Shown here: positions 27,713 to 41,902 of the stretch, piece after piece
Layout of the letters: the number at the start of each line of letters is the position of its first letter
Numbering within the stretch: position 1 is the stretch's first letter
Notes under the pieces: model-generated
The model's input: only the letters and a program-made list of their open reading frames with translations
The model's database searches: none
Told to the model about the DNA's origin: nothing
Assembly (NCBI GenBank): GCA_964016885.1
Contig: CAXHJY010000126.1
Span: forward strand, 1-64,000
Source: Eledone cirrhosa
Taxonomy: Eukaryota
Direction: 5' to 3'
DNA length: 64,000 bases
Made by a program: the position numbers and the translations under genes

Positions 27713-28558
27713 ATTTTATTCTCATACAATTTATGGAGAATTGTGCATTTTTTCTGGTACACCCACCTATTCTTTAATACAGTTACATCTATGACCTGGT
27801 CAATGACAAGTTTTTTTTCTTTACAATGTTCTTACAACACATGGCGATTAACCTGTCGCTTTATGCTTGCCTGCTTGGATATCTGAAACGGCTACATGTT
27901 GATATAATTCTCAAATAGGCAAATAAATCCAAACGAATTCTATCAGCTTTTGTCTAGTAGTGACAAATCTTGGGAAAATGATGCTTCAATGAGAATTAGC
28001 AGATTTTTAACAGTGGGGGCTATATTAGTCTCATGTAGCATACAGATTGCATTTTTCATTAACACCAACCAGCTAATCAACATTGTAAAATGCATACGAG
28101 AACGGCTACAGGCAACCTCACGCAGTTTGCTGTCAGAAATTCAATCACAGATGTCTACTTTATTTACACATCAAAAGAAAGCAATACCTTCAAAATATTT
28201 CCGCATCAATTCAGAAAGCTTTCTTTGACAACAGGGAACCAGACTTGTTACGAAAAGAAGAAACTAGATGTTGATGATGGTGAAGTTAAGATTATGAAAA
28301 TCATGATGGTGAAAAAAAAAGAACACAACTAGATGGTTTCCGCATGAATGAGAGGAAAGTGGTGTAGTTGGGAAAGATGAAAGCAGTACAAACTTAAATG
28401 CACACATACATATACAAATGTGCACACACACATAAGAGTGCATGTAAACATGTATACTTATAAATGTATGTGCCTCTATAAGTATGAATAATATATATAT
28501 ATATATATATGTATAATATATATATGTATAATATATATATATGTATAATATATATATG

Positions 28559-28602
<44 letters not shown>

Positions 28603-28646
28603 AAGTTAAATAAAAGTCAAATGATTAAAATTTAGCTTCGTTTATT

Positions 28647-28701
28647 ACTGCTATATATATTTCGGTGACAGCCATCTTTGGCTGTGACCTCTTCAGGCAG
28701 T
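28647..28701 (-). ncRNA. Type-I hammerhead ribozyme
   Basis: actgc CTGAAGA ggtcacagcca-aaga-tggctgtcacc GAAA tatata TA gcagt; stems I and II pair, stem III palindrome ATATATAT. Confidence 0.85.
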
Positions 28702-28896
28702 TTGAATTAGTATGGTATAGACAAGTACATATGTTGTTGAGGTGTATAATATTGTCAATACTCTGATATGCCCAGTTCCTTGTTGGGTTGTTAATTCACT
28801 GAGAAACTGGAGTCATAGGAAATGAGGCATATCAGAGTATTGACAATATTATACACCTAAACAACATATGTACTTGTCTATACCATACTAATTCAA

Positions 28897-28951
28897 ACTG
28901 CCTGAAGATGTCACAGCCAAAGATGGCTGTCACTGAAATATATATAGCAGT
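28897..28951 (+). ncRNA. Type-I hammerhead ribozyme (right-arm copy)
   Basis: actgc CTGAAGA tgtcacagcca-aaga-tggctgtcact GAAA tatata TA gcagt. Confidence 0.8.
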
Positions 28952-29095
28952 AATAAACGAAGCTAAATTTTAATCATTTGACTTTTATTTAACTTTATTT
29001 TACACTAATCCGGAGTAACTAAACCAACCTGCGCACTTTGTCGAGTGCTCCAGCCTGCATACTGAGCTGTTGGTATACAACCAACAAATTCAAAA

Positions 29096-29097
<2 letters not shown>

Positions 29098-29142
<45 letters not shown>

Positions 29143-29252
29143 AATATATATATATATATATATATGTATAATATATATATATATATGTATAATATATATA
29201 TATATGTATAATATATATATATATATATATGTATAATATATATATATATATG

Positions 29253-29325
<73 letters not shown>

Positions 29326-29475
29326 AATATATATATATATATATATATATATGTATAATATATATATATATATATATATATATGTATAATATATATATAT
29401 ATATATATATATATGTATAATATATATATATATATGTATAATATGTATAATATATATATATATATGTATAATATG

Positions 29476-29511
<36 letters not shown>

Positions 29512-30016
29512 AATATATATATATATGTATAATATATATATATATATATATATATATGTATAATATATATATATATGTATAATATATATATATATATATA
29601 TGCATTATATATATATATGTATAATATATATATATATATATGCATTATATATATATATGTATAATATATATATATATATATATATGCATTATATATATAT
29701 ATGTATAATATATATATATATATATATGCATTATATATATATATGTATAATATATATATATATATATGCATTATATATATATATGTATAATATATATATA
29801 TATATATATATGCATTATATATATATATGTATAATATATATATATATATATGTATAATATATATATATATATATATGTATAATATATATATATATATGCA
29901 TTATATATATATATGTATAATATATATATATATATATGCATTATATATATATATGTATAATATATATATATATATATGCATTATATATATATATGTATAA
30001 TATATATATATATATG

Positions 30017-30077
<61 letters not shown>

Positions 30078-30278
30078 AATATATATATATATATGTATAA
30101 TATATATATATATATATATGTATAATATATATATATATATATATGTATAATATATATATATATATATATGTATAATATATATATATATATATATGTATAA
30201 TATATATATATATATATATGTATAATATATATATATATATATATATGTATAATATATATATATATATATATATATATG

Positions 30279-30320
<42 letters not shown>

Positions 30321-30367
30321 AATATATATATATATATATATATATATGTATAATATATATATATATG

Positions 30368-30440
<73 letters not shown>

Positions 30441-30535
30441 AATATATATATATATATATTATACATATATATATATATATATATATTATACATATATATA
30501 TGTATATATATATACAATGCATATATATATGTATA
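29098..30535. repeat. (TA)n array punctuated by TGTATAA / TGCATTA
   Basis: Directly visible. Confidence 0.95.
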
Positions 30536-30610
30536 TCACGATTTTTAGCCATTTTGAAATGAATTCTTGGCGCGATCGTTTTGGAAAATTTAATGTCTTG
30601 ATATGAGCGA

Positions 30611-30698
30611 GCTTCCTGAAGAATCCGGCGCTCGAGTTTATATAATTATTACATAATTATTGGATAACTCAAAACACGGACGAAACAATGGTAGAGGT
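30611..30698 (+). ncRNA. Type-I hammerhead with long stem II (family C), inside (TA)n-flanked insert 30536-30895
   Basis: gcttc CTGAAGA atccgg..gagtt..ataattat-tac-ataattat..aactc..cggac GAAA caatgg TA gaggt. Confidence 0.6.
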
Positions 30699-30899
30699 AT
30701 TTAAGTGTATTCTATTTTCTCCAAGTTTATTTTAAAACCTAATTCTGCTTAGTTGACAGTATCTAGGCGATTACGCTGTCGAAATATTCGATAAATATTC
30801 CACTACGGCCGACGCGAAGCGCTAGTTTTGGTTATTGGAGATTCCTTCATAGAAGCCTCATTCGTATAGCCTGGTCTATTCGATTTTTTATATAGTTAA

Positions 30900-30971
<72 letters not shown>

Positions 30972-31102
30972 TTATATATATATATATTTATATTTATATA
31001 TATATATATTTATATATATATTTATATATATATATATTTATATATATTTATATATATTTATATATATATTTATATATATTTATATATATTTATATATATT
31101 TT

Positions 31103-31135
<33 letters not shown>

Positions 31136-31260
31136 ATTTATTTATATATATATATATTTATATATAAATATATATATATATTTATATATAAATATATATA
31201 TATTTATATCTATATATATATATTTATATCTTTATATATATATAAATTTATATATATATT

Positions 31261-31325
<65 letters not shown>

Positions 31326-31340
31326 TTATATATATATATT

Positions 31341-31397
<57 letters not shown>

Positions 31398-31422
31398 TTA
31401 TATATATATTTATATTTATATA

Positions 31423-31473
<51 letters not shown>

Positions 31474-31486
31474 TTATATATATATA

Positions 31487-31530
<44 letters not shown>

Positions 31531-31532
<2 letters not shown>

Positions 31533-31730
31533 GGAACCAGTAAGACCCCGACAGCTGAGCTCAAGCCGTTTCGACGGCTAATTCTGGACAGAGTCCAGAA
31601 TTAGCCGTCGAAACGGCTTGAGCTCAGCTGTCGGGGTCTTACTGGTTCCTATTACCCACTCTACTACCTCAAGTATTGAGTACTTTGGTGCGTTATGGTC
31701 CACCTGGTTCCTTACCACATTTCCTTCGTT
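31531..31730. mobile_element. Perfect-hairpin insert with HHR 3' half, family D
   Basis: Perfect 60-bp stem 31530-31652 with loop aga; GAAA cggc-ttgagctca-gctg TC gggg; tail homologous to the reverse complement of 62124-62209. Confidence 0.8.
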
Positions 31731-31917
<187 letters not shown>

Positions 31918-31932
31918 ATATATTTATATATT

Positions 31933-31965
<33 letters not shown>

Positions 31966-31966
31966 T

Positions 31967-31999
<33 letters not shown>

Positions 32000-32006
32000 A
32001 TATATA

Positions 32007-35000
32007 TTCCGACTGCGCCAACCTGGACTTGGGCAAATCGTAGCGGATCATCTAGGTCGTACCTAGATAGGTTCTTAGTTAGAATTAAGGATAAGGACTT
32101 TTTAAGTTGTCCAAAAATGCGCATTGTTGGCTATTCAGACCACAAATTAGTGACCTGCATGGTCAACCTTGACAGAACTCATAGACAGGGCCCCGGTTAC
32201 TGGAAGCTCAACTTGTCCTTGCCGGCAAGTAGAGCCTACAGGAATCGGATTAGTACGTTAGTTAAGGAACGGTTGACTGGAGCGATCGTCAACAACAGGT
32301 GGTGGGTATCTCTAAAGAGAGAGATTAGAGTAGTCTCGATTGAATTTAGTAAGGTTCTAGCTGCGGATAGGAATAGGAAGGAAAGGGAGCTAATAGATAG
32401 AGTAGAAGAGGCAATTAGAAGCGGCGACGTGGCCAGAGTGCTAGCGTCGAGAACGGCTTTGAGCCAGTTTTTCGACGCGAAGCACGAAGGCTGCGTTGTC
32501 CGAAGTAAAATACGTGCTCTAGGGAACGAGGGGGCCAAAGCTGTTAGCTGGGCCCGCGTGACAGAGGCCAACAGTGGAACTAAATCCACCATCCGGTCTT
32601 TGCGAGACCTGGATGGACGGGCGATTCTTGAGCCTAAGCAGATGTGTGAGGCCTTTCAAAGGCACTTTGCCCGACTGTTCGGGAGGGGCGGGGAGCCGGT
32701 TGGGAACGTGGACTTCGGTCCATACCTCGACGGCCTGCCGCGCCTCTCGGACAGGGAGGCGAAGTCCTGCGAGGAGCCGATTTCGGCCGCTGAGATAGAG
32801 GACGTGCTGAGCCAATGCGGCAAACGCAAATCCCCGGGTCTCGATGGTCTTCCTTACGAATTATATCTAGCTATGCCGGACTTGTTCCCCGATCTCCTCG
32901 AGGTGGTCTACTGCAACTGGCAACAGAACGGGAGAATTCCCTGTACTGTGACCAAGGGCGTAGTCACGCTAGTGAGGAAGGACGAGAACAAGGGGGACGA
33001 AATAAGTAACTTCAGGCCCATAACACTGCTAAATACAGAGTTACAGATTTTGGCCAAGGTGCTAGCAAAGAGGTTGGCGCTTGTCGTGGGCAACCTGGTG
33101 GGAGATGCGCAGACATGCGCTATCCCGTCCAGGTCCATCCATGACAACCTCCACCTCATGCGATACATCATAGAGAGGGTTGGGAACGAACCCGGCTTTG
33201 GTGGGGCTCTGATCAACTTGGATCAATCTAAGGCGTTCGATAGGGTCGACCATGGTTACCTGGATGCGGTGCTAGCGGCGGCAGGCTTCGGACCCGTTTT
33301 CAGGGGCTGGATCACTGCTATGCACAGCAGCCGCATCTGCTCTAGGGTCAAGGTGAACGGCTACCTCTCGGAGCCGTTCAAAATCGCGCGGTCCATCCGA
33401 CAAGGGTGCCCTCTCTCCTCCCTTCTGTATGTGTTGACTCTAGAGCCACTACTGCGGAAGTTGGAGTTGTTGCAGGGCATCCCTTTGGAACCGGGATTGC
33501 GGAAAGCGGTGTCGGCCTACGCCGATGACGTGACAGTAATGGTGTCGACGGCCTCCGAAATCGAGGCGGTCGGCACCTTACTGGAGGAGTACGAAAAGTT
33601 CACAGGGGCTAAGCTGAACCGGGACAAGTCGATCGGTTTGCAACTCGGCACGTGGAGGGGCAGACCGAAGCCCTCCGATGGCGTCGTCGGACGCTGGACG
33701 GAGGGCCCGGTGAAGTTGCTCGGGGTCTGGTTCGGACCGGACCTCCAGGTGGAGAAAAACTGGGCGGAGGTTACGAACAGGGTGTTTGCACTGACCCAGA
33801 AGTGGGCCAGTTGCAAACTATCCCTGAAAGGTCGGGCGGAGGTGGCGAACACCTACATAGCGTCCGTCATCTACTACCGCCTGACCGTAGTGCCCTGCCC
33901 AAGGGAAACCCTCACCAAGATGGAGCGCGCGCTCTTCCAATTCCTTTGGAAGAGGCGGGCTCCTATGGTGAGGAGATCCATCTGCTGTCAACACCCTTCG
34001 AAAGGAGGGCTGGGGATGCCGTGGCTAATGATGCGTAAACACGCATTAAGGCTACGGCACATCTACGTATTCCTCACCGGACAACCGGTGTGGGCCTCGT
34101 TTGTAAGACGAACCTTTCCCAGACTCGTCTCACTCACCGAGCTGCAATCCTGGGTCAAGCAAAGACCGAGAAAACTGGGCGCCTGGCACACTGAGTGTGC
34201 CCAGGCGCTCACCGCCCTCTGGCAGGCGGATCCGGTTATCAGTGGAGACTCCACCGCAACATTCTATAGAGGGCTGGTACGCAGCAGGTGCGACGACGCC
34301 CTCGGAGAAGCCCTAGACATGGAGGAGGACGAACTGGCCAGCCTGTTCGGTAGGACATTCAGCCCGGGACCTATGGACAACTTCCAGAAGTCCCTGGCCT
34401 GGCAGTGCTACCGAGGGGCTTTACCCGTTCGAGAAAGGCTCTACAGACACGGGCGCCCGGGTAGGGACCCCGCCAAAAAGATCTGTCCCAGATGCGTGTG
34501 CGACGAGGAAACCGTTGCACACGCATTGGTACACTGCTCGGGCGTAGCCGATCTGTGGGGCTATGTCGAACAACTGCTGTCAAGGGTGGGACCGATCCGG
34601 TTGACCACCGAGTCTATTGTAATGATCAAGCCGCCTCCCCCCTTCAAAGATGAAGCAGAGGCGGTGTTTCTGTGCGTAATAGCCATGGCGAAAGAGGTTG
34701 TATGGTGGACGCGTCTGAAAGGACTGAGGTCAGGCACCTTTCTCTCTGGCCAACAACTGGTCCGTTTCTTCCGATATCATTTCGGAAGAAGGATCAGGAT
34801 GGAGAGAGAGGTGCTGCACCCCAGCCGTTTCTATGAAAGATGGGTGAAAGTGGCGAGAATGGCCCGTGTGAATGGGCCTTCACTCTACATCAGACTATAG
34901 GTGAGGAAGATGAAAGACCAAGGGAGCACCCCTTCTCTGTGCTCCTGAGGAGAAGGGTTGCACACTTTTTTCGGGGGTGTGTGCGACCCCCCAAGGCGCC

Positions 35001-35162
35001 TCCTCTCTATTGAGGATTTTGTTAAAAATTTTATTTTTTGTTATATCTTATTTTATTTTTATATTTTGTTATTGCCTCCTCCTTATTGAGGACGCCTTTT
35101 TGTGTAAACTCCCCCCTTTGTACTTGTCCCACTTTTGATGCCCTAGTGGCAAATAAAAGAAA
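32007..35162 (+). mobile_element. 5'-truncated Tx1/L1-clade non-LTR retrotransposon inserted in (TA)n
   Basis: GC-rich ORF2, structured 3' UTR, AATAAAAGAAA terminus running into (TA)n. Confidence 0.92.
32009..34900 (+). CDS. LINE ORF2 (C-terminal part of APE endonuclease, reverse transcriptase, C-terminal zinc finger), 5'-truncated
   Basis: SYLDRFLV and SDH (APE); [39 protein letters not shown] (RT); [18 protein letters not shown]. No internal stop. The I/Y N-terminus in the ORF track is microsatellite read-through. Confidence 0.93.
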   Translation, partial: PTAPTWTWANRSGSSRSYLDRFLVRIKDKDFLSCPKMRIVGYSDHKLVTCMVNLDRTHRQGPGYWKLNLSLPASRAYRNRISTLVKERLTGAIVNNRWWVSLKREIRVVSIEFSKVLAADRNRKERELIDRVEEAIRSGDVARVLASRTALSQFFDAKHEGCVVRSKIRALGNEGAKAVSWARVTEANSGTKSTIRSLRDLDGRAILEPKQMCEAFQRHFARLFGRGGEPVGNVDFGPYLDGLPRLSDREAKSCEEPISAAEIEDVLSQCGKRKSPGLDGLPYELYLAMPDLFPDLLEVVYCNWQQNGRIPCTVTKGVVTLVRKDENKGDEISNFRPITLLNTELQILAKVLAKRLALVVGNLVGDAQTCAIPSRSIHDNLHLMRYIIERVGNEPGFGGALINLDQSKAFDRVDHGYLDAVLAAAGFGPVFRGWITAMHSSRICSRVKVNGYLSEPFKIARSIRQGCPLSSLLYVLTLEPLLRKLELLQGIPLEPGLRKAVSAYADDVTVMVSTASEIEAVGTLLEEYEKFTGAKLNRDKSIGLQLGTWRGRPKPSDGVVGRWTEGPVKLLGVWFGPDLQVEKNWAEVTNRVFALTQKWASCKLSLKGRAEVANTYIASVIYYRLTVVPCPRETLTKMERALFQFLWKRRAPMVRRSICCQHPSKGGLGMPWLMMRKHALRLRHIYVFLTGQPVWASFVRRTFPRLVSLTELQSWVKQRPRKLGAWHTECAQALTALWQADPVISGDSTATFYRGLVRSRCDDALGEALDMEEDELASLFGRTFSPGPMDNFQKSLAWQCYRGALPVRERLYRHGRPGRDPAKKICPRCVCDEETVAHALVHCSGVADLWGYVEQLLSRVGPIRLTTESIVMIKPPPPFKDEAEAVFLCVIAMAKEVVWWTRLKGLRSGTFLSGQQLVRFFRYHFGRRIRMEREVLHPSRFYERWVKVARMARVNGPSLYIRL

Positions 35163-35172
35163 TATATATATT

Positions 35173-35206
<34 letters not shown>

Positions 35207-35220
35207 TATATATATATATT

Positions 35221-35269
<49 letters not shown>

Positions 35270-35294
35270 GTATATATTTATATATATATATATT

Positions 35295-35369
<75 letters not shown>

Positions 35370-35382
35370 ATTTATATTTATG

Positions 35383-35455
<73 letters not shown>

Positions 35456-35518
35456 ATTTATATATATATATTTATATATATATATATTTATATATATATA
35501 TATTTATATATATATATT

Positions 35519-35654
<136 letters not shown>

Positions 35655-35668
35655 TATATATATATATT

Positions 35669-35702
<34 letters not shown>

Positions 35703-35866
35703 TATATATATATTTATATATATATATTTATATATATATATTTATATATTTATATATATATATATTTATATATATATATATTTATATATATATATATTTA
35801 TATATATTTATATATATATATATTTATATATATATATATTTATATATATTTATATATATATATATT

Positions 35867-35901
<35 letters not shown>

Positions 35902-35910
35902 TTATATATT

Positions 35911-35943
<33 letters not shown>

Positions 35944-36002
35944 TTATATATATATATATTTATATATATATATTTATATATATATATTTATATATATATA
36001 TT

Positions 36003-36071
<69 letters not shown>

Positions 36072-36174
36072 ATTTATATATATATATATTTATATATATA
36101 TATATTTATATATATATATATTTATATATATATATATTTATATATATATATATATTTATATATATGTATATATT

Positions 36175-36223
<49 letters not shown>

Positions 36224-36272
36224 TTATATATATATATATTTATATATATATATATTTATATATATATATATT

Positions 36273-36393
<121 letters not shown>

Positions 36394-36396
36394 ATT

Positions 36397-36447
<51 letters not shown>

Positions 36448-37041
36448 ATTTATATATATTTATATATATATATAAAATCAATAATAATGAGTTCAAATCT
36501 CAGGCGATCATTTACAATGAAATAGCTCGAAGAAAGACTATTCTGAGCCGTGTAATATAGGTTAACTCATTATTATTGATTTTACACTGCTCCTTCGTTG
36601 AGCTGATTTTAGCCCCATACAAACGGCTGTTATTTCTAGCAGCACGAGTATGTGGCTAGCTAGACACTGGATAACCGCATGAGGTTACCTCGTGCGCTAA
36701 ACAGTCTTCCTAAATATTTTGAAGTGGAACATACCAATTTTATAGTGCTTGCTGAGGAGATCAAAATGCGGTATTCCCTCCACTTTTTCATTATTCGAAA
36801 CATATTTGGATTTTAAGGTTTAAACCTGTCTACGGAACAGGTTTGATTTTGAAATTTAAATTTGTCCAAGCACCACGGCCATTGCCAATACAATTTGTTT
36901 TTGTTGATTTATGATGTATTATCTTAAGTCATGATAGGCAAACTGTAATATTAGTATATTTCTATCTAGCTAACTTGGTCATTTACAATACATACATAAA
37001 TATGAGGATTTGTTTATCAAATATATTGATTTGTGTGAACC

Positions 37042-37074
<33 letters not shown>

Positions 37075-37140
37075 CTATATATATATATTTATATATATAT
37101 ATATCATATATATATATATATATCATATATATATATATAT

Positions 37141-37181
<41 letters not shown>

Positions 37182-37221
37182 GATATTAAATAAATGGAAA
37201 CTATATTTATAAAACCATATT

Positions 37222-37287
37222 TATTTCATTATACATATTTCAGGGATATCATATTAACAATATGTTATGCCTTCTTCAGACAAAATA
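37222..37287 (-). ncRNA. Type-I hammerhead ribozyme (family E)
   Basis: tattttgt CTGAAGA aggcataacatatt-gtt-aatatgatatccct GAAA tatgta TA atgaaata. Confidence 0.75.
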
Positions 37288-37392
37288 CAATATAGGCAGT
37301 TTTATAAATAAATAGATTTGACATACCTTTCAACATCGACTTGCATTTGAAAAGTTGATTTGGCAGTAAAAATATTATGGACAGTTGTAAAC

Positions 37393-37423
<31 letters not shown>

Positions 37424-38583
37424 AAACGAAGAAAAACAAGAAATGCATGCAACTAAATAGAGAGAGATGGAATGATAGATAAAGAGAAGAACTTCATGTA
37501 AAGAAACAGAGAGAGATATATAGAGAGAGGAAATAGATAGAGATAGATAGAGATAGATAGAGAAAAGTAGGTAGTTGAACATCAGTTGAATGACGTATCA
37601 ATGATACATTTATTTATTTATTTATTTATTTAGCTCTAGTATTAATGTAAGGGAGATATATGTGGTTAGGAGAGAAAACAGCCGTTATATAGAGAGAAAA
37701 AATGAAAAGTAACCAGACATAGGCGAGGCAGAATTTAAAAATACTATGTTTCAATGTAGAAATATTAGTTCGTATAAAAACAGGCACTATAATGTAAATA
37801 TCAGTATTCTTGAATGAGACACGTATCTATAATGTGTGAAAAGTAATGATCATATGTCTAGTTTTAAAAATTCATATGTTTATATCATAACTATAAACAT
37901 CGATGTGAATTTAGGTGATCAGCTCTGCAAACTCCTATTTCACACGGAAAACATTCTCATTGTGCTATAAAAATTCAAGTATACATATATGTGTATATAT
38001 ACACATATATATAGAGTCTATATTAATTCTAACAATACTATTCTTGTCTTTACTCTACATGATTATCGATCAAGCAGAAATAGAGAACAGATTTCAATAT
38101 ATTAATAAAAATATCAGAAACAAAAAACAAAAATAATAATAAATAAATAAAACAGAAAACTAAAAAATATTAAATATTAAAAATAAAAATATTAAAAATA
38201 TAAAAAAAATTAAAATAATAAAAATAAAAACATAGTATGCCACGCAAATCGACCACAAAGATCAACCCTTCAAAGTTAATTGACAATATATTGCCAAGTT
38301 CGTTATAAGCATCAGAGTCAAAAACAGATAAAACCAAAAATTATTTACCAAATCCTGTCTAGCAGAAATCATTTCAAAAGTTTAGGATACCCATTTGGTC
38401 TACATATGTTCTTATATTTAATATAGAAGTTTATCTAGTGTAACATTTATTCGATATATTTGGAGCATCAACTTTTAGGGTAGTTTAATTATTCATGAAG
38501 AATGTTTAAAATAAAAATAAAAAGAAGAAATCGAAATATTTATCGGCTAGTTTCATAAATAATTACAAATCAAACTAAATATA

Positions 38584-39351
38584 CTACATTTTAAATTTAA
38601 ATTTATATTTAAAAGTTGAGTTCAATCTATGTCTGCAGCACCTGAATAAATTTGTCCGTAGATTAAGGGAATTTTTAGATTTTAGTATAAAGAATATCTC
38701 CTCCGCGCAGAGGTCACATGTCTCAGAGGATGAATTAAAAGGAATCCCTCTTGAGACTATATTCCAAGCCGTCGAATATCTAACGTTATCATGCCTAAGT
38801 TGCCAGAGTACGCCTGATAGTGCTGTTGAAGATTTTTTGCTTGGATCTGTGAAAGAATTCTTGTGGTTATTATAGCGAAGTTTAAATTCCGTCGATGTGG
38901 AACCAACGTAGTTAAAAGAATTAAAGTCCGTTTTAACGTTACAGTTGTATATTATATTTTTAACTAAGCAGTTGTTATTTAACGGACATTTAGATCTATC
39001 TCTACAGTTACATTTGTTAACTTGGATATTATTTATGCTATTATCGCTAGGTTTTAAGTTCCTATTATTTATTCTATTAATATTTTGTGCTAAATTTTTG
39101 GTGGATGAGTAGGTTAATTTTATAGTATGTCTATTGAAAATTGAGTGATACCTATGTGTTCTAGGGAAGCGATTATCAAGAGCTTTAAAAAATAGTTTAG
39201 CGATGTGGGTTTTAATGTTTAGTGAGAAAGTGGGGGCAAACCATATTATGTTCCTAGTTCTATTTCTTTTTTGGCTTTTGGAATTATTGCAATGCTTTCT
39301 AATATAGTTGTTAAGGTTGTGGCCATAATTAAAATCGTAAATATACTCCAA
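38584..39351 (-). CDS. PLE linker plus GIY-YIG endonuclease fragment
   Basis: RNIIWFAPTFS, CNCRDRSKCPLNNNC, NIIY..YVGST..FKLRYNNH, CDLCAEE, CCRH; paralogous to 44181-45770. Confidence 0.88.
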   Translation of the reverse strand: MEYIYDFNYGHNLNNYIRKHCNNSKSQKRNRTRNIIWFAPTFSLNIKTHIAKLFFKALDNRFPRTHRYHSIFNRHTIKLTYSSTKNLAQNINRINNRNLKPSDNSINNIQVNKCNCRDRSKCPLNNNCLVKNIIYNCNVKTDFNSFNYVGSTSTEFKLRYNNHKNSFTDPSKKSSTALSGVLWQLRHDNVRYSTAWNIVSRGIPFNSSSETCDLCAEEIFFILKSKNSLNLRTNLFRCCRHRLNSTFKYKFKFKM

Positions 39352-39435
39352 ATACTTGTTGAGTGCTTTTATATCAGTTATAAATATTTACTCGTTGTAA
39401 CCCAACAATTGCTAATACTATCTATCGGTCGCAAC

Positions 39436-39566
39436 TCCAGGTAGAAGGAGCAACATGAAATAAAGTGTCTTGCTCAAGGACATAACGCATCGCCTGGTCC
39501 AGGAATCGAACTCACAACCTTACGATTGCGAATCCAATTCTCTAACCACTCAGCCACACGCCTTCA
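39436..39566 (-). mobile_element. Second tRNA-derived SINE family (head and start of core)
   Basis: Reverse complement: A box TGGCTGAGTGG, B box GTTCGATTCC, then ccttgagcaagacactt. Related pieces at ~11785-11850 and 23085-23190. Confidence 0.75.
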
Positions 39567-39582
39567 CTATATATATATATAT

Positions 39583-39675
<93 letters not shown>

Positions 39676-40183
39676 ATATATATATATCATATATATATAT
39701 ATCATATATATATATATATATATATATATGATATATATATATATCATATATATATGATATATATATATATATATGATATATATATATATATATCATATAT
39801 ATGATATATATATATATATATATCATATATATGATATATATATATATATATATGATATATATCATATATATGATACATATATATCATATATATATATATA
39901 TGATATATATATATCATATATATATATATATATGATATATATATATATTATATATATATATATATATATGATATATATGATATATATATATATATGATAT
40001 ATATGATATATATGATATATATATATATATGATATATATATATATATGATATATATATATATATGATATATATATATATATCATATATATATATATATCA
40101 TATATGCAAAAGCACATGTATTAGGCTTGCGACAGATCAGTCTTAAGATTCTTATCTTAGGAGAAGTAACTATAATTTATCTA

Positions 40184-40370
40184 GGCGGTGGATTGGCAGT
40201 ATCGGTAGAGGGTCGGACGCCATGCTTTCCAGCATAGTTATGTCCCTTTACGATCTGAGTTCAAATCCGGCCGAGGTTGACTTTGCCTTTCATCCTTACG
40301 GGGTCGATAAAATAAAGTACCAGTAATGCACTGGGTAATTGCTGGCCTTGTGCCTAAAGTAGAAATAATT
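40184..40370 (+). mobile_element. Full-length Meta-type SINE ending in (TA)n
   Basis: A and B boxes, Meta core, tail. Confidence 0.88.
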
Positions 40371-40438
40371 ATATATATATATATATATATATAATATATG
40401 ATATATATATATATATATATATGAGATATATATATATG

Positions 40439-40476
<38 letters not shown>

Positions 40477-40858
40477 GCATTATATATATGATATATATAC
40501 ATATATATATGCATAATATATAAGTATATATATATATATATATACATAATATATAAGTATATATGATATATATATATGATATATATATATATATATATAT
40601 GCATTATATATATATATATATATATATGATATATATATATGCATAATATATATATATATGATATATATATGATATATATGATATATATATAATATATATG
40701 ATATATATATATATTATATATATATATATAATATATATATATATATATAATATATATGATATATATGATATATATGATATATATATATATATGCATAATA
40801 TATATATGATATATATATATATATGCATAATATATATATGATATATATATATATATGC

Positions 40859-40902
<44 letters not shown>

Positions 40903-41076
40903 TAATATATATACATATATATATATATATATTTATGCATAATATATATATATCATACATTTATATGCATAATATATATATATATGATATATATATGCAT
41001 AATATATACATATATATATATATGTATATATGCATAATATATATATATATATATATATGATATATATATATGCATA

Positions 41077-41135
<59 letters not shown>

Positions 41136-41139
41136 ATAT

Positions 41140-41826
41140 ATTTATCTGAATTATTGAGCCCTCTGCCTTCATGTCGGATTTGTTTATCGTAAATTCGTGA
41201 GCTGATTTTCCGATACTCGATTATTCTACTATATTTAGCTCTAGACATAGCTATTGACCAGTTAATTTTATTGTTCATTTGTTGTCGATTCTATTGAATG
41301 ATGAATAGCTCCTGTTTATTTTAACATGTCTATCGAGCACTCTTATTCGATATGTGTATTCCACATTACCGATTATTTTTCGCGAATATAGAGGTTATCT
41401 CCCTTGCTGGACTCCATGTGCGTCTAGCTATAGTTAACTTCCTTATTCGTCGGACATGACACGTTGATAAAGCATTCCGGTCCGTCCGCTCCCTAGATGT
41501 CTTATATATTTTTATGTGGGCTGATAGGGGGCGGATTAAGGAATTGCAGAAACCCAAGAAGCTAGATTTACCACCTTTCTAGTGGGTCCAGGTAAGTTTT
41601 TACATTCATATAAATTATTGATTTATTAATATTTTATCTGAGTGACCCGAAACTTCCTGGTCGTTATTTTTCGGCTGCAAGGGTGATTTTAGGCATAATC
41701 TTTGTGTGTTGGTATTTTAACGATAGTTATAGTTTTGATTTATCTGAATTATTGACCCTCTGCCTTCATGTCGGATTTGTTTATCGTAAATTCGTGAGCT
41801 GATTTTCCGATACTCGATTATTCTAT
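41140..41826. mobile_element. (TA)n-flanked non-coding insert with ~88-bp direct terminal repeats
   Basis: 41140-41228 is nearly identical to 41739-41826. Confidence 0.65.
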
Positions 41827-41848
41827 TATATATATATATATATGATAT

Positions 41849-41902
<54 letters not shown>

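Larger units (their letters stand above)
28595..29097. mobile_element. (TA)n-flanked fold-back PLE-type insert, HHR family B
   Basis: Inverted arms ~28595-28771 and 28825-29002; 3' tail to 29097 on the right arm only. Confidence 0.85.
37181..39430 (-). mobile_element. 5'-truncated Penelope-like element (GIY-YIG end, long 3' region, HHR)
   Basis: ORF 38584-39351 with an HHR downstream on the same strand at 37222-37287, ending in (TA)n. That the whole span is one element is inference. Confidence 0.7.

Noticed and set aside
32236-34583. Overlapping and antisense ORFs within the LINE
   Set aside because: Shadow frames of a GC-rich coding sequence.
39480-39566. tRNA gene
   Set aside because: The A and B boxes belong to a SINE head that continues into SINE core sequence; no convincing cloverleaf.
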